From positions 1 through 18,605 of the forward strand of contig JBGSTX010000082.1 of NCBI GenBank assembly GCA_041736305.1: a stretch of DNA of 18,605 nt, read 5' to 3'. The translations under genes and the position numbers were made by a program. The notes under the pieces were generated by a model. The model was given only the letters and a program-made list of their open reading frames with translations. It made no database searches and was not told the DNA's origin. Positions 17,781 through 18,605 of this stretch are shown here, piece after piece. Every line of letters starts with the position of its first letter. Position 1 is the stretch's first letter. The DNA comes from Oligoflexus sp. (GTDB lineage Bacteria > Bdellovibrionota_B > Oligoflexia > Oligoflexales > Oligoflexaceae).

Positions 17781-17830
17781 GCGACTTTTTAAAGTCGCTC
17801 TGCTTTAACTCCGATAGGCTTATATCGGAG
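17781..17830 (+). promoter_or_regulatory. Two adjacent perfect 8-bp inverted repeats overlapping a sigma28-like promoter and the ribosome-binding site of the 17838 gene
   Basis: GCGACTTT-tt-AAAGTCGC (17781-17798) and CTCCGATA-ggctta-TATCGGAG (17809-17830). TAAA-N16-TCCGATAG spans 17790-17817. Confidence 0.45.
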
Positions 17831-17837
17831 GGTTGTT

Positions 17838-18287
17838 ATGGAACGTCATTGCTCACCACCTCGAGGGCAAAGCCCACAAGGACTTTGGACAGCATGTGCT
17901 GCGCCCATCCTCGGCCTAGGCGCTCTTCTTCTCGTCCTAGCTTGCAACGAAGGTCCCAGCGCAACGACTTTCGCTCCTGAGGCCAATCCAGATACCCAGT
18001 TCCAAGAAGCGGGGGAAGCCTCCTCGAAGAATGAAGTTCCCTCTTCGGGGTATGTTCAAATGAAGTCTCCCTCCGACCTCTCTGAAATAGAAAGACTCAA
18101 GCAGCAGATCAAAGACATTGAGCTAAATCAGCCCGAAATCAAGCGAAAGCTTAGCGAGATAGATGCGATGGCTCTCGAGAAGGACCAAGAGATGCAGCGT
18201 CTCGCGGAGAAAATGGCTAGTATGAGGACCGAGATTACAAGAATTCGTTCGCAGATCTCGACCGTGAACGCCAAGGTGTGTCGCTAA
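17838..18287 (+). CDS. Hypothetical lipoprotein with C-terminal coiled coil
   Basis: GGAGGG ribosome-binding site, lipobox VLAC, low-complexity linker, and heptad pattern IERLKQQIKDI...IKRKLSEI...ITRIRSQI. Confidence 0.75.
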   Translation: MERHCSPPRGQSPQGLWTACAAPILGLGALLLVLACNEGPSATTFAPEANPDTQFQEAGEASSKNEVPSSGYVQMKSPSDLSEIERLKQQIKDIELNQPEIKRKLSEIDAMALEKDQEMQRLAEKMASMRTEITRIRSQISTVNAKVCR

Positions 18288-18312
18288 ACCTTCTTGATGG
18301 AAATAAACGAGT

Positions 18313-18605
18313 ATGGTCTTCAAGTCTAAATCTTCACTTTGGCTGCCAACTTTCACCGTTTTGATGAGCTTGTTCGGCATCAGCTGTTGGGGGGACGTGC
18401 CGACCAAAATCGGTGAGCAGGCGGAAGATCCAAGAGAGACAGCAGAAGTATCTCCGGGCTTCGCCACGCTGATGCGAGAACAGGCCGTCTTGGAAGTAAA
18501 GCAAGCTGCTATCGACGCCAGGCTTGAAGAGTTGAACGCCCGGCTCTCCCTCGTGGAGATCGATGAAAATACGGACCTAGCTACCGTAAGAACTATACTC
18601 ACGGA
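18313..18605 (+). CDS. Hypothetical lipoprotein with coiled coil; 3' end runs off the window
   Basis: Not in the ORF track. Manual translation is open to the edge: MVFKSKSSLWLPTFTVLMSLFGISC-WGD...LMREQAVLEVKQAAIDARLEELNARL... Confidence 0.75.
   Translation, partial: MVFKSKSSLWLPTFTVLMSLFGISCWGDVPTKIGEQAEDPRETAEVSPGFATLMREQAVLEVKQAAIDARLEELNARLSLVEIDENTDLATVRTILT

Noticed and set aside
17633..17980. 115-aa plus-strand ORF
   Set aside because: No motifs, and it overlaps the better-supported lipoprotein at 17838 and its regulatory region.
18123..18602. 159-aa minus-strand ORF
   Set aside because: Antisense to two plus-strand lipoprotein genes.

Overview
Bacterial chromosomal window, densely coding and dominated by exported proteins. 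The gene repertoire suggests Bdellovibrionota/Oligoflexia, which is inference only. From left to right it holds: a partial FGE/SUMF1-like secreted protein, a small outer-membrane beta-barrel, DUF72, secB, a DUF6279-like lipoprotein, an S46 dipeptidyl peptidase, a patch of broken genes (frameshifted and truncated GH88, plus a start-less DCC-family DxxCxxC fragment not in the ORF track), a Cys-rich lipoprotein, a probable PDZ-TlpA plus metzincin-lipoprotein operon, a stop-interrupted ORF, a small lipoprotein, a 1797-aa modular surface lipoprotein, and two divergently transcribed coiled-coil lipoproteins. The large protein has nine ~103-aa two-Cys repeats, FN3-like and GLUG-type regions and a terminal Ig/cadherin-like domain. 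I see no rRNA, tRNA, CRISPR array, transposase, integrase or reverse transcriptase. The most unusual items are the superimposed 3-unit and 2-unit periodicity of the repeat array, the PDZ-thioredoxin next to a 10-Cys protease with a long palindrome upstream, and the gene-remnant patch. All domain calls are by eye from motifs; no search was run.
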